Under the pieces are notes generated by a model. The model ran no database searches. It saw only the letters and a list, made by a program, of their open reading frames with translations, and was not told where the DNA came from. From positions 2,195 through 66,194 of the IMG/VR virus record IMGVR_UViG_3300044856_000190: a DNA stretch of 64,000 nt; one strand, given 5' to 3'. A program made the translations under genes and the position numbers. Positions 39,490-49,143 of this stretch are shown here, in pieces (the first letter of the stretch is position 1; each line of letters starts with the position of its first letter). Origin of the DNA: a virus. Taxonomy: Duplodnaviria > Caudoviricetes.

Positions 39490-41856
39490 ATGGCTAAATT
39501 AGATCAAAGTGCGATTGAAGCCATAAATAATTATGGAAATCGAATCAAAACCATTAAAGATTTTGTAAGTTCCGTGAGAAAAAGACCTGGTATGTACTTA
39601 GGTCCTATTAATGGTCGTGGACTATTAAATATGATGCGAGAAATCTTTCAAAACTCTATTGATCAGATTCTTGATCCTACTAGCCCAGCAAACTGGTTTC
39701 GATTTTGTTATGATGAGAGATCATTAGAGGTAATAGTTGAGGATAATGGATTAGGATTTCCATTTGATGATATTATAAGAATTCTTACAACACAGCACAC
39801 TTCAAAGAACTTCGAAAAAGTACTATATGATTATAGTTCTGGATTAAATGGTATCGGTTCTAAAGTTGTAAATGCTTTGTCTAAAGAATTTATAGTAGAA
39901 TCTTATAGATATGATGGTAAAGCTGTTAGACAGGAATTCAGAAAAGGATATCCTGTATCAAAGAAACCAATTTCAATTCCAAATAAAGAAAAGAGACAGG
40001 GATCAAAAATCATGTTTATTCCTGATGAAGAGATTCTTGGAGAAATGAATTTGGAATGGAAAGTTGTATATCATCTTATCAAGAATATTATGTCTTTAAC
40101 TCCATTAGGAAGCTATATGGATTTTGAAGCAATTGATATTAATGGTAAGAAGTTTACTGAAAGAATTATAAATAAAGATGGTATTATGACCAATCTTATT
40201 ATGAAGGTCAACAAGCCAATCAATAAACCAATCGTTATATCAAATGATGATGGTACTCATAAAATTGAATGTGCATTCTGTTATGATGCTGGAGATGAAA
40301 TTAATGGTCCAACCCAGAATGCAATGATTACATCTTTCAGTAACTTCTGTCCTACGGCAGATGGTACTCATGTAAAGGGTTGTCTAGAGGGTATCTACAG
40401 ATGGTTTAATCTGTATATGAATAATATCTATTTATCTTCTCAGAAAGGTAAAAGCAAGATTAAAGTAACAAATGCTGATATTGAAAATGGTTTAAACATT
40501 ATGATTTCAGCAGCTCACTTGGAACCAAACTTTACTGGTCAGGCAAAAGAGATTCTTTCAAATGAAGATATGCTTGGATTCTGTAAAGATACTATAATGA
40601 AAGGTCTTGATGATTGGTCAAAAGCAAATCCTCAGGATTTAAATAAGTTAGCAAAGTTCTTTAAAGAAATGGCAGAATTAAGACAGAAGTCTGAAAGTTC
40701 TAAAGCTAAGATCGTTACAAAGTATCAGAAGAATCCAATTAGTGATTTACCAGCAAAATATAAGAGACCAACTGGCAATAAAGATATTGAGTTAATTATA
40801 GTCGAAGGAGATTCAGCTCTTGGAACTGTAGAGTTAGGTAGAAATACTGAATGCCAAGGTCTTATGCCAATTCGTGGTAAAATTGCAAATGCATTTAAGA
40901 AACCAAAGCAAGCTTTCTTTGATAATGCCGAAGTTCAAGCAATTACCAGAATTATTCTTGGATCTGATTATCATAAATTCAAGATTGAAGATGTAAAGGT
41001 TTCTAAGATAATCATAATGGCAGATGCCGATGTCGATGGTGCTCATATTGCAGCTTTGCTGGAAAGAATGTTTGTTATGTATTTCCCTCAGATTATTGAA
41101 GCTGGTATGCTATATAAAGCTATTCCACCTCTCTATAGTATCAAAGAAGGAAAGAAATCAAGATTCTTTACAGAGCAAATTGATATAGTAAAATATATCC
41201 AAAAGACATTCTTGGAGAAATATAAGTTTACAACTATCAAGAAAGCAGCTCTTACAAATAAAGAGGTTACAATATTCTTCTTAAGAAATACAGATTATAT
41301 ATACAATCTGGAAAAAGTAGCAAATACTTATGCTGTAGATCCATTCTTATTAGAGTTGGTTCTTTTCAATTATCTTGAAGGAAAAGATAATTTCAAATAT
41401 GATAAACTTAAGAAGACAATAAAAACTAAGTATCGTTTTATGGATGTATATAAAGAGAAAAGCGGTACAGTTATTGTAAAAGGTGTAATCGACAAATCAA
41501 ACTTTATAGTTTGTAATGATAAATTCATTATGGATTGTAGAGATATTTTGGAGATCATAAAAGGAAATGATCAGGTTAGATATTTGATCAATGGAAAGAA
41601 ATGTACAATCTATGAGATCATGCTTTTATATAACGAGTCAACACCTAAGAATATTCAGCGATATAAAGGTCTTGGTGAGATGGATGAGAATGAGCTTGCA
41701 GAATCTACATTATATCCAGGATTAAATCGTACTCTTGTTCGTTATACTATGGATGATATGAAAGAAACTTTGAATACTATTCGTGAATATGAGTCTAATT
41801 CAAAGAAGATTCTTAATGAAGTTTCATCAGTAACTAGAGATGATCTGTTAGATTAA
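39490..41856 (+). CDS. gyrB: type IIA topoisomerase subunit B (GyrB/ParE-like)
   Basis: VRKRPGMYLG, EIFQNSID, EDNGLGFP, SGLNGIGSKVVNALS, VEGDSA, PIRGKIAN, DADVDG and QRYKGLGEM motifs. Confidence 0.95.
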   Translation: MAKLDQSAIEAINNYGNRIKTIKDFVSSVRKRPGMYLGPINGRGLLNMMREIFQNSIDQILDPTSPANWFRFCYDERSLEVIVEDNGLGFPFDDIIRILTTQHTSKNFEKVLYDYSSGLNGIGSKVVNALSKEFIVESYRYDGKAVRQEFRKGYPVSKKPISIPNKEKRQGSKIMFIPDEEILGEMNLEWKVVYHLIKNIMSLTPLGSYMDFEAIDINGKKFTERIINKDGIMTNLIMKVNKPINKPIVISNDDGTHKIECAFCYDAGDEINGPTQNAMITSFSNFCPTADGTHVKGCLEGIYRWFNLYMNNIYLSSQKGKSKIKVTNADIENGLNIMISAAHLEPNFTGQAKEILSNEDMLGFCKDTIMKGLDDWSKANPQDLNKLAKFFKEMAELRQKSESSKAKIVTKYQKNPISDLPAKYKRPTGNKDIELIIVEGDSALGTVELGRNTECQGLMPIRGKIANAFKKPKQAFFDNAEVQAITRIILGSDYHKFKIEDVKVSKIIIMADADVDGAHIAALLERMFVMYFPQIIEAGMLYKAIPPLYSIKEGKKSRFFTEQIDIVKYIQKTFLEKYKFTTIKKAALTNKEVTIFFLRNTDYIYNLEKVANTYAVDPFLLELVLFNYLEGKDNFKYDKLKKTIKTKYRFMDVYKEKSGTVIVKGVIDKSNFIVCNDKFIMDCRDILEIIKGNDQVRYLINGKKCTIYEIMLLYNESTPKNIQRYKGLGEMDENELAESTLYPGLNRTLVRYTMDDMKETLNTIREYESNSKKILNEVSSVTRDDLLD

Positions 41857-41881
41857 TAGGTCATCTCAGGAGGAAATTGCT

Positions 41882-42460
41882 ATGAGAAAATATACTCCTG
41901 TAGAAAATTGTTTAAATATATATGAGCCTAGATACTGGTTTTATATTCCAGGATTTAATGGATATGAATTATCAAATGATGGATTTGTAAGATCTATGAA
42001 GCATTATAGACGATATCCATATGGAATATTAATTAAACCAGTATCTACTAAAGTAGAACAAAATACTACAGATCCTTTATTTGTACTTTCAGACAATAAT
42101 AATGAAAGACAAAGAATACGACTATCACAACTTGCTTATCTAGCTAAAAACAATCCTTATGCAGTATCTGGATATCCAAGAGCAACTATTATTTCAGATC
42201 CATCATCTCGAAATGATAGTATCTTTGTTAGAAAGAAAATAAAGACTCCACCTCTGGATAATAGTAGACATTATGCTAAATTTACAATTATTCAAGATGG
42301 AACAGAAACATTAGGAATGGAAGCTAGAGAGCCAGGACTGATAGTTCCAATAATATCAACGAATGGAGACGGAGAATATTATGGCAGAAAAGATTGTCGA
42401 GCATTCAGCGCTCGAGATGTACAAACAGGACCAGGCAAAATACTCAGTCGTGGTCAATAG
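41882..42460 (+). CDS. NUMOD4-like domain protein without an HNH catalytic motif
   Basis: WFYIPGFNGYELSNDGFVRS matches NUMOD4; no HNH motif seen downstream; overlaps the gyrA start. Confidence 0.6.
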   Translation: MRKYTPVENCLNIYEPRYWFYIPGFNGYELSNDGFVRSMKHYRRYPYGILIKPVSTKVEQNTTDPLFVLSDNNNERQRIRLSQLAYLAKNNPYAVSGYPRATIISDPSSRNDSIFVRKKIKTPPLDNSRHYAKFTIIQDGTETLGMEAREPGLIVPIISTNGDGEYYGRKDCRAFSARDVQTGPGKILSRGQ

Positions 42461-44756
42461 ACGTAGAGCAATCCCGTCTATTAAAGATGGATTAAAACCA
42501 GTACAACGAAGAGTTGTATATGGTGCATATAAAGATGGATTAATTAGACCATCTTTAAAAGATAAATCTGCATCACTTGTAGGTTTAGTTATGAAGAAAT
42601 ATCATCCACATGGTGATACTTCAATTTATGATACAATTGTTACATTAGTAGATTGGTTTAAGACAAAGTATCCATTGTTTTATGGAAAAGGAAACTGGGG
42701 TAATGTTGGTGGTGCAGGAGCAGCCGCACAACGATACACCGAGTGCGCATTATCCAATTTTGGATATGATGTTTTGATTGATCTGTTAGCTCAATCTGAG
42801 AATATCGTAGATTGGTTGGATACTTATAAAAGAAATGGTGATAAAGAACCAGAGTATCTTCCAGCAAAACTTCCACTATTATTGATTAATGGTAGCTTTG
42901 GTATTGGTGTAGGTATGATATTTAATGTACCTAGTCATAACCTTGGTGAAGTTGTTGCAGAGACCAGAGCTTTGATTAAGAATCCAAAACATAAGGTTGT
43001 ATTGATTCCAGATCTTGCTCAGCCTTGTGAATTGATTGGTAATAATTGGGAAGAGATTTCTGAATCAGGATCTGGATCTTTCAAGGTAAGAGGAAAGATC
43101 ATTACAGAGCAGGATAAGAAAGGAAATTATATTCTGAGAATTATTTCTCTTCCAGATATGGTTACTTGTGAATCAGTTTATGAAAAGATTTTATCTATGA
43201 TTTCTGATAAGCAGTTACCAATGATTAAAGATCTTAATAATGTATTGAAAGATGCACATCCAAATATCATTATTAAATTAAAGCAAGGAGCAGATCCAGA
43301 ATATGTAAAAGCAATTTTATATGCAAAGGCTGGAGTTCAAACAACTGTTTCTGTAAACTTTGAAGCAGTAGCTCCAAATGGTATTGATATTAAAAGATAT
43401 TCTTATAAAGAATATCTGAATACATTCATCGATGATGTCACTACTACAAGATTTAGATTATATTGTAATCGACTTCAACAGGTTATGACTAGACATCATA
43501 GAGTGGATGCATTTGTTAAAGTTATCTCATCTAAGAAATTAGATCAGATTATAAACATGATCCGTAAGTATTCTGGAACAGATCCAGAGCCTATTGTCGA
43601 GTATATCATTAAGAATTGTGGAACTACCGACTTACAAGCACGATTCATTATTGATACGAAGTTATCTCGATTATCTGCTGGATATCTGAAAGGATATAAA
43701 GAAGAGAGGGCAAGACTGGAGCAAGATATTAATCGTTATCTTGCAGCTGTTTCAGATGATGGATCTATTATCAGAAAAGAAATCTATGATGAGCTTGGAG
43801 AATTAGCAAAGAAATATAGTACTCCAAGATTATGTACAGTAATCAATTCTGATAAGGCAAATGATATTCCTACAGGAACTTTCAAGGTTGTAATTACAGA
43901 ACGTAATTATGTAAGAAAGATTCCAGATGTGGATAAAGTAGGAATTGTCCGTAAGGATAATCCGAAGTTCATTAGAAGAGTTGATAATGCTGAGAACTTA
44001 ATTATCTTTGATACAAAAGGTAAAGTATTCACATTACCAGTTCATAAGATTCCAATATCTGATAGAAACTCTTCTGGAGTAGATATCAGAATATTAATTA
44101 AGAATCTGACATCGGATATTGTCAATGTATTCTATGAACCTAACTTCAAGGAATTATCAAAGCCAAAATATGGTAAGCATTATCTTACCGTAGTTACAAA
44201 GTCTAATACAATTAAGAAATTAAATATTGATGATTTCTTAAATATTGGACCGTCTGGATTAATGTATTCTAAGATAAGACCAGAAGATCAAGTAGTTGCT
44301 GTAGAACTTGTTCCAGCAAACTTAGACATTGCTATTTGGTCTGGAAAGAAAGCATTACGTTGTTCTTTGAAAGATGTACCTCTGTTTAAGAGAAATGCAA
44401 CTGGATCTAAAGCAATGGGAGTATCTGAACCTATCAATGGTATGTCTGTAATCTATCCAGATACAACACATATTGTAGTTGCTACAAAGAACGGAAAGTT
44501 CAATAGATTTGATGCAGCTTTATTTGCTCCTCATGCTAGAGGATGTAAAGGATCTAATGCAATTAAACTTGATACTACAGATGAGATTCTTGGAATCTTT
44601 GGTGTAAACGAAAATGAAATTATTCGTGTACTCACAAGTGAAGGTATTGAGCAAGTTGCAGTTTCTGATATTAAAGTAAAATCAAATATTGCTGCTGGTA
44701 CTAAGATGATTAAATCCAAAGGGGTTATCATTAAAGCAGAAGCAGTAAAAAGATAA
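42381..44756 (+). CDS. gyrA: type IIA topoisomerase subunit A (GyrA/ParC-like) with beta-pinwheel CTD
   Basis: Start ATG 42381 (SD GGAG); RAIPSIKDGLKPVQRR, YHPHGD, AAQRYTE (catalytic Tyr), LLINGSFGIGVG; C-terminal blade repeats. Confidence 0.95.
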   Translation: MAEKIVEHSALEMYKQDQAKYSVVVNRRRAIPSIKDGLKPVQRRVVYGAYKDGLIRPSLKDKSASLVGLVMKKYHPHGDTSIYDTIVTLVDWFKTKYPLFYGKGNWGNVGGAGAAAQRYTECALSNFGYDVLIDLLAQSENIVDWLDTYKRNGDKEPEYLPAKLPLLLINGSFGIGVGMIFNVPSHNLGEVVAETRALIKNPKHKVVLIPDLAQPCELIGNNWEEISESGSGSFKVRGKIITEQDKKGNYILRIISLPDMVTCESVYEKILSMISDKQLPMIKDLNNVLKDAHPNIIIKLKQGADPEYVKAILYAKAGVQTTVSVNFEAVAPNGIDIKRYSYKEYLNTFIDDVTTTRFRLYCNRLQQVMTRHHRVDAFVKVISSKKLDQIINMIRKYSGTDPEPIVEYIIKNCGTTDLQARFIIDTKLSRLSAGYLKGYKEERARLEQDINRYLAAVSDDGSIIRKEIYDELGELAKKYSTPRLCTVINSDKANDIPTGTFKVVITERNYVRKIPDVDKVGIVRKDNPKFIRRVDNAENLIIFDTKGKVFTLPVHKIPISDRNSSGVDIRILIKNLTSDIVNVFYEPNFKELSKPKYGKHYLTVVTKSNTIKKLNIDDFLNIGPSGLMYSKIRPEDQVVAVELVPANLDIAIWSGKKALRCSLKDVPLFKRNATGSKAMGVSEPINGMSVIYPDTTHIVVATKNGKFNRFDAALFAPHARGCKGSNAIKLDTTDEILGIFGVNENEIIRVLTSEGIEQVAVSDIKVKSNIAAGTKMIKSKGVIIKAEAVKR

Positions 44757-44760
44757 AATC

Positions 44761-44792
44761 ATTCCCCTAGAGTGAAATATCTCTAGGGGAAT
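44761..44792 (+). terminator. intrinsic terminator after gyrA
   Basis: ATTCCCCTAGAG/CTCTAGGGGAAT. Confidence 0.8.
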
Positions 44793-44839
44793 TTATATGG
44801 AAAATAACTATGATACTAAAATAAGAAAGGGCTATAAAT

Positions 44840-45568
44840 ATGGATACAAATAAAGATATAAATAGTGATAGAGAAAAATTATTTTCAAACTTATATAATT
44901 TTGAATATGTATACTTTGATTTTGGCATTGATAAATCATATATGATTTCTAAATATATGCAAGAACTTAATTCTGAAAAATATAAGAAATCTATACTTAA
45001 GATGTATATTGATTCAGAAATAAAGAAACTTCCAATAAATTTAATTCATAATGATAAGAATAAATGTTACGAAGCATTTATGAGATTTGGACCAAAAGTT
45101 ATATTTGATTATGAATGCTACAATATTTTGATTCCGAAACACTGTATATCAGATTCAGATGTAAAATATATTTGTTCTGCACTTATCTCATTTTTAAATA
45201 AAATTATTAATTCATTAGATCAAAATAATTTAAAAACAATAAATGATGTTGTGGATGTATTTAATCATTCAGATGCTATTGCAATTTCTAATAAAATATT
45301 TAATGATGGAATTTATAATGGATATATATTTAAGAAGTTTATACCAACTAAAAAAGAAGATTTAGATCCTGGATATGGATATTTAGAAATTAAAGAGCAT
45401 TATGAGATATATGGTAGTGATTCTAAAGGCGAATTTTATATTTGTGATTTGGATAGATTAAAAAATCAATTCAATACTCCAATATATGATAATAATTGGT
45501 ATATTCTTGGATTAATTATAGATGGAATTTTATACAGATTTAATTCTAATAATGATTATGATGAATAA
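44840..45568 (+). CDS. hypothetical protein (242 aa)
   Basis: ORF track. Confidence 0.7.
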   Translation: MDTNKDINSDREKLFSNLYNFEYVYFDFGIDKSYMISKYMQELNSEKYKKSILKMYIDSEIKKLPINLIHNDKNKCYEAFMRFGPKVIFDYECYNILIPKHCISDSDVKYICSALISFLNKIINSLDQNNLKTINDVVDVFNHSDAIAISNKIFNDGIYNGYIFKKFIPTKKEDLDPGYGYLEIKEHYEIYGSDSKGEFYICDLDRLKNQFNTPIYDNNWYILGLIIDGILYRFNSNNDYDE

Positions 45569-45579
45569 AGGAGAAAAAT

Positions 45580-46155
45580 ATGAAAAATATTAACGATCTT
45601 TTTAATGCTGTTGAGGAGTTAAAGAATAATATGGGTAAATATAGCGATTATGAAATCTATACAAAAATTTCAGAAATCGTAGATACTGCTAATGATTGCA
45701 GAGCTGAACTTAATGGCAGATCCAGAGAAAATAATAAATCTTATTATGAGGATGCTGTCAGAATCATGAAGACTGATGCAGCAAATTATATTAATAATTA
45801 TATTGATACTCATAAGCATGAATTGAAATGCACAAATGATTATAAGATATTATTAAGCAAATCAAGAAGAAGTATTGCACTATATTGCTCCAGCGCTTAT
45901 AATTCACCTGTAAACTTTAAAGGACTAAAACAAAAAGTAACACAATATACAAACAATACATTATTTGCTATATTGGGTATTGATGAGCATACTATTCTTT
46001 CTGAAGATGATTATAGACGTTTCTTAAAGATTAGAAATAATCCAGAATATATTAGACCATCAATACAATATATTCTGGATGGATTATATGAAGTTGAATA
46101 TAGAAACAAAGCAATAAAAAATGAAAGAGGGATTCACAATGGAGGAATTAACTAG
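45580..46155 (+). CDS. hypothetical protein (191 aa)
   Basis: SD AAGGAG. Confidence 0.7.
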   Translation: MKNINDLFNAVEELKNNMGKYSDYEIYTKISEIVDTANDCRAELNGRSRENNKSYYEDAVRIMKTDAANYINNYIDTHKHELKCTNDYKILLSKSRRSIALYCSSAYNSPVNFKGLKQKVTQYTNNTLFAILGIDEHTILSEDDYRRFLKIRNNPEYIRPSIQYILDGLYEVEYRNKAIKNERGIHNGGIN

Positions 46156-46756
46156 ACGGGAGTTTTACTCGAGGGTTTTATCAAATATTAGATTTTCACA
46201 GATTTTAAATATAGCAGTCATATTTATTGCTCTATTTTTATCAAGCTATTCATCTAATATAATTCCACTTATAGTATTTAATATTTTATTTCTAATTTGT
46301 ATCATCTCATTAGTAAGAATGGAATTTGATATAAAGATAAAAAATATTTATCATGTTTTTACAATGATTGCTAGAGTGATGTTGATTGCTGATTTATTTA
46401 TATTATCAAATTATAATCTTAGTATTTTGATAGTTTGTGTTACTATTTGGATCTCTACATATCCAATTTCTATTTTTAATCATTGTAAATATATTGGAGA
46501 TAGAAGAGATATAAGAGTTCATAATCGTATGAGAATCTGTATTGCATTATTTATATTAATCGCTTGTGTCATTCAAGTATTCTCCAAGATATATATGTCT
46601 CCATTTTATCTTACTATTTGTACAGTGTGGTATTGTGATATTATACTATATATCTATCAATATCCACTAGAGAAATTCAATACTAATAAATTGATAGATA
46701 TGAGTGAAGGATGTACATCAGTTATATGGAATATAATGAATCTAATATTCCGTTAG
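46121..46756 (+). CDS. polytopic membrane protein (about 6 TM segments)
   Basis: Multiple long hydrophobic stretches; start may be ATG 46139. Confidence 0.7.
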   Translation: MKEGFTMEELTRREFYSRVLSNIRFSQILNIAVIFIALFLSSYSSNIIPLIVFNILFLICIISLVRMEFDIKIKNIYHVFTMIARVMLIADLFILSNYNLSILIVCVTIWISTYPISIFNHCKYIGDRRDIRVHNRMRICIALFILIACVIQVFSKIYMSPFYLTICTVWYCDIILYIYQYPLEKFNTNKLIDMSEGCTSVIWNIMNLIFR

Positions 46757-46764
46757 AATTACTA

Positions 46765-46890
46765 ATGAATGAGCCTATATGCGTGATATGTAAATATGCA
46801 AATGATTGTCATATAAATTATAATAGACTATCAAAAGAATGTAGACTATTGTATAATGGAATAAAAAGAATAGAACCAGTGGAGAAATAA
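46765..46890 (+). CDS. unannotated small Cys-rich protein (41 aa: MNEPICVICKYANDCHINYNRLSKECRLLYNGIKRIEPVEK)
   Basis: Translated by hand; CxxC-x5-C-x10-C; ends in the terminator; weak SD. Confidence 0.45.
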   Translation: MNEPICVICKYANDCHINYNRLSKECRLLYNGIKRIEPVEK

Positions 46891-46902
46891 TCTCCACTGG
46901 TT
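46873..46902 (+). terminator. intrinsic terminator
   Basis: AACCAGTGGAGA/TCTCCACTGGTT plus T tract. Confidence 0.8.
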
Positions 46903-46984
46903 TCTTTTTGGTAAAACACATAAATTCAATTATATACAATAAATATGTAATAATATAGATCTTAACAATTAGGAGGAAAAACTT

Positions 46985-47326
46985 ATGAGTAAAAGAACAA
47001 ATGAAAAAATTAGAAAAGTGATAATGAAGGAGATTGTATCATTTCTACTTTTTGCAATTGCTATGGTTGCAATTTATGCAATCATTGCAGCATCATTACC
47101 AGTAGGTATATACTGGTATTGGTTTAATATGACCAAGTTAGATTCCTTATATCTGTTCTGTTATGAACTGATATTTGGAGGAATTTGGATATCACTTATA
47201 TTCTGCTGCTGTGCAGCAAGAGTTAAAAAATCATATTTCAGAAGATTGAACCTGCTCAGCAAAAGAGTACGTTCAATACATAGAAGATACGAAATGTCTT
47301 CTATGAAAATCGAAGACCTTAAATAG
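46985..47326 (+). CDS. two-TM membrane protein (113 aa)
   Basis: Two hydrophobic segments with basic flanks; early promoter and SD AGGAGG. Confidence 0.7.
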   Translation: MSKRTNEKIRKVIMKEIVSFLLFAIAMVAIYAIIAASLPVGIYWYWFNMTKLDSLYLFCYELIFGGIWISLIFCCCAARVKKSYFRRLNLLSKRVRSIHRRYEMSSMKIEDLK

Positions 47327-47384
47327 GAAGAAGGAAACCAGAGTTACATCTGGTTTCTTTTTTGTCGTAAATTACTATATTTGG

Positions 47385-47396
47385 AACTTTATATTA
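47385..47396 (+). promoter_or_regulatory. AACT-N6-TA promoter of recA
   Basis: AACT TTATAT TA. Confidence 0.6.
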
Positions 47397-47431
47397 AATG
47401 ATGTAATAGATAAAATACTAATTAGATAGGA

Positions 47432-48709
47432 GTGTTTAAACGAATTATGATGGATTTAATGGGACAATTCAAATCTAAAGTTTCAAAGATGAAAAATTCT
47501 GGTGTCAATAGATCAGCAGAATTTGATGTTATGTATAGTACAGGATTCTTAGGTATTGATTATCTTAACGGAACAGTCGTTCACGTAGATTCAGAAGATC
47601 GTAAGTTTACTTATAATTCTACTGGTATCGTAGATGGCTCTGCAAATAGTATTATTGGTAGGTCTGGTAGTGGTAAATCTACATTAGCAACTCAGATTAT
47701 TGGAAATGAAGCTAGACCTTTTATTGAGAAAGGATTACCAACTGGTATCTATATTGATGATATAGAGGGATCTCTTCCATATGTAAGAAAAGAGTTCTTA
47801 TTAGGATTAAACTCTGACCAGATAAATAAATATGTAGATATTAGAAACTCTGGTATTACAACAGAAAATCTATATATGAGAATTCAGGCAATACACGATA
47901 TCAAGTTACAGAACAGAAAAGATTTCGAATATGATACAGGTCTTTTTGATACTTATGGACAGAGAATCTTTAAGTTAGTTCCTACGTTCTATATGATTGA
48001 TTCATTACCAATGCTTCTTCCAGAATCATTAGCAGAAGATGATGAGCTTGGTGGTTCTATGTCAGCTTCTAGTATTGCAAAATCAAATACAATGCTGATT
48101 AAAAAGATTACTCAGTTATTAAAAGATGCAAATATAATTCTTTTTACAGTAAATCATATTCTTGATGAGATTCAGATGGGATTCATTCCTAAAGCAGCTC
48201 AGATTTCTGGATTAAAGCAAGGTGAAAGATTACCTGGTGGTAAAGCTGCTATATATCTTGCAAACAATATGTTTAGAGCTGATGATGGAATTACATTAAA
48301 AGAATCTGAGGGATTTGGAATTAATGGCTCTATTGTAAATATCACTTTAATCAAATCTAGAACTAATGCTACTAAGAGATCTATTCCTATGATCTTTAAT
48401 AAAACAGAGGGAAGATTTGATGATATCTTGTCATTATTCCAGCTTCTTAAAACTGAAGGAATTTTCAAAGGTGCTGGTGCTTATCAGTATCTTGATGATG
48501 CTCCAGATATTAAGTTCTCTCAGAAGAATTTTAAAGATACTTTGGAAAAATCATCAGAATTACAGAAAGCATTTGCTAAAGCTTGTTATGGAGTTTTGGT
48601 AAAATTCTTATCAGATACAAGATCTTCATCTGAAGATAATTCTACAGCTTCAGTAAATATTTCAAATATGATCGAAGGATTCGCAACTAACGAAGTAGAG
48701 AGTAAATAA
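47432..48709 (+). CDS. recA: RecA/UvsX-family recombinase (start probably ATG 47447)
   Basis: GRSGSGKST, IDDIEGS, MIDSLPML, FTVNHI and LPGGKAAIYLANN motifs; AACT-N6-TA at 47385-47396. Confidence 0.9.
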   Translation: MFKRIMMDLMGQFKSKVSKMKNSGVNRSAEFDVMYSTGFLGIDYLNGTVVHVDSEDRKFTYNSTGIVDGSANSIIGRSGSGKSTLATQIIGNEARPFIEKGLPTGIYIDDIEGSLPYVRKEFLLGLNSDQINKYVDIRNSGITTENLYMRIQAIHDIKLQNRKDFEYDTGLFDTYGQRIFKLVPTFYMIDSLPMLLPESLAEDDELGGSMSASSIAKSNTMLIKKITQLLKDANIILFTVNHILDEIQMGFIPKAAQISGLKQGERLPGGKAAIYLANNMFRADDGITLKESEGFGINGSIVNITLIKSRTNATKRSIPMIFNKTEGRFDDILSLFQLLKTEGIFKGAGAYQYLDDAPDIKFSQKNFKDTLEKSSELQKAFAKACYGVLVKFLSDTRSSSEDNSTASVNISNMIEGFATNEVESK

Positions 48710-48719
48710 TATAATTAAT

Positions 48720-48764
48720 CATATATTATATAAATGATAGAGGGTTGAATAGCAATCCTCTATC
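48720..48764 (+). promoter_or_regulatory. early-type promoter plus 5' hairpin upstream of beta-C operon
   Basis: CATATATTATATA; GATAGAGG/CCTCTATC. Confidence 0.6.
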
Positions 48765-48792
48765 TAAAATATGAAAGGAGAAAATACTCAAG

Positions 48793-49131
48793 ATGGAGAA
48801 AACTAAGTTTGATGTATCTCTCTTGGATATATTATTACCTAGGATTGATAGAAAACTTAAATTAAGAAAAGAAAAAGGTACAACATTGGAGGTTATTGTA
48901 CCTTGTCTGAATCGTTTATCTTTTGAAAAGGATACTAGTTTAAATGATACTACAAAGGATAATCCGTATACAACAGAATATGGAAAATTCAAATATAAAA
49001 TCTATGATGATTTTTATTTTCCAGGTAATTATGATAAATATCATAGAGAAACGATTGTGTTTGATAATATCAAAGATATAGATGGTAGTCACAGATCGAT
49101 TACAATGACAGTATACTACAAAGCAGACTAG
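48793..49131 (+). CDS. hypothetical protein (112 aa)
   Basis: SD AAGGAG; early promoter at 48720. Confidence 0.7.
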   Translation: MEKTKFDVSLLDILLPRIDRKLKLRKEKGTTLEVIVPCLNRLSFEKDTSLNDTTKDNPYTTEYGKFKYKIYDDFYFPGNYDKYHRETIVFDNIKDIDGSHRSITMTVYYKAD

Positions 49132-49143
49132 GGGGATTGAATA

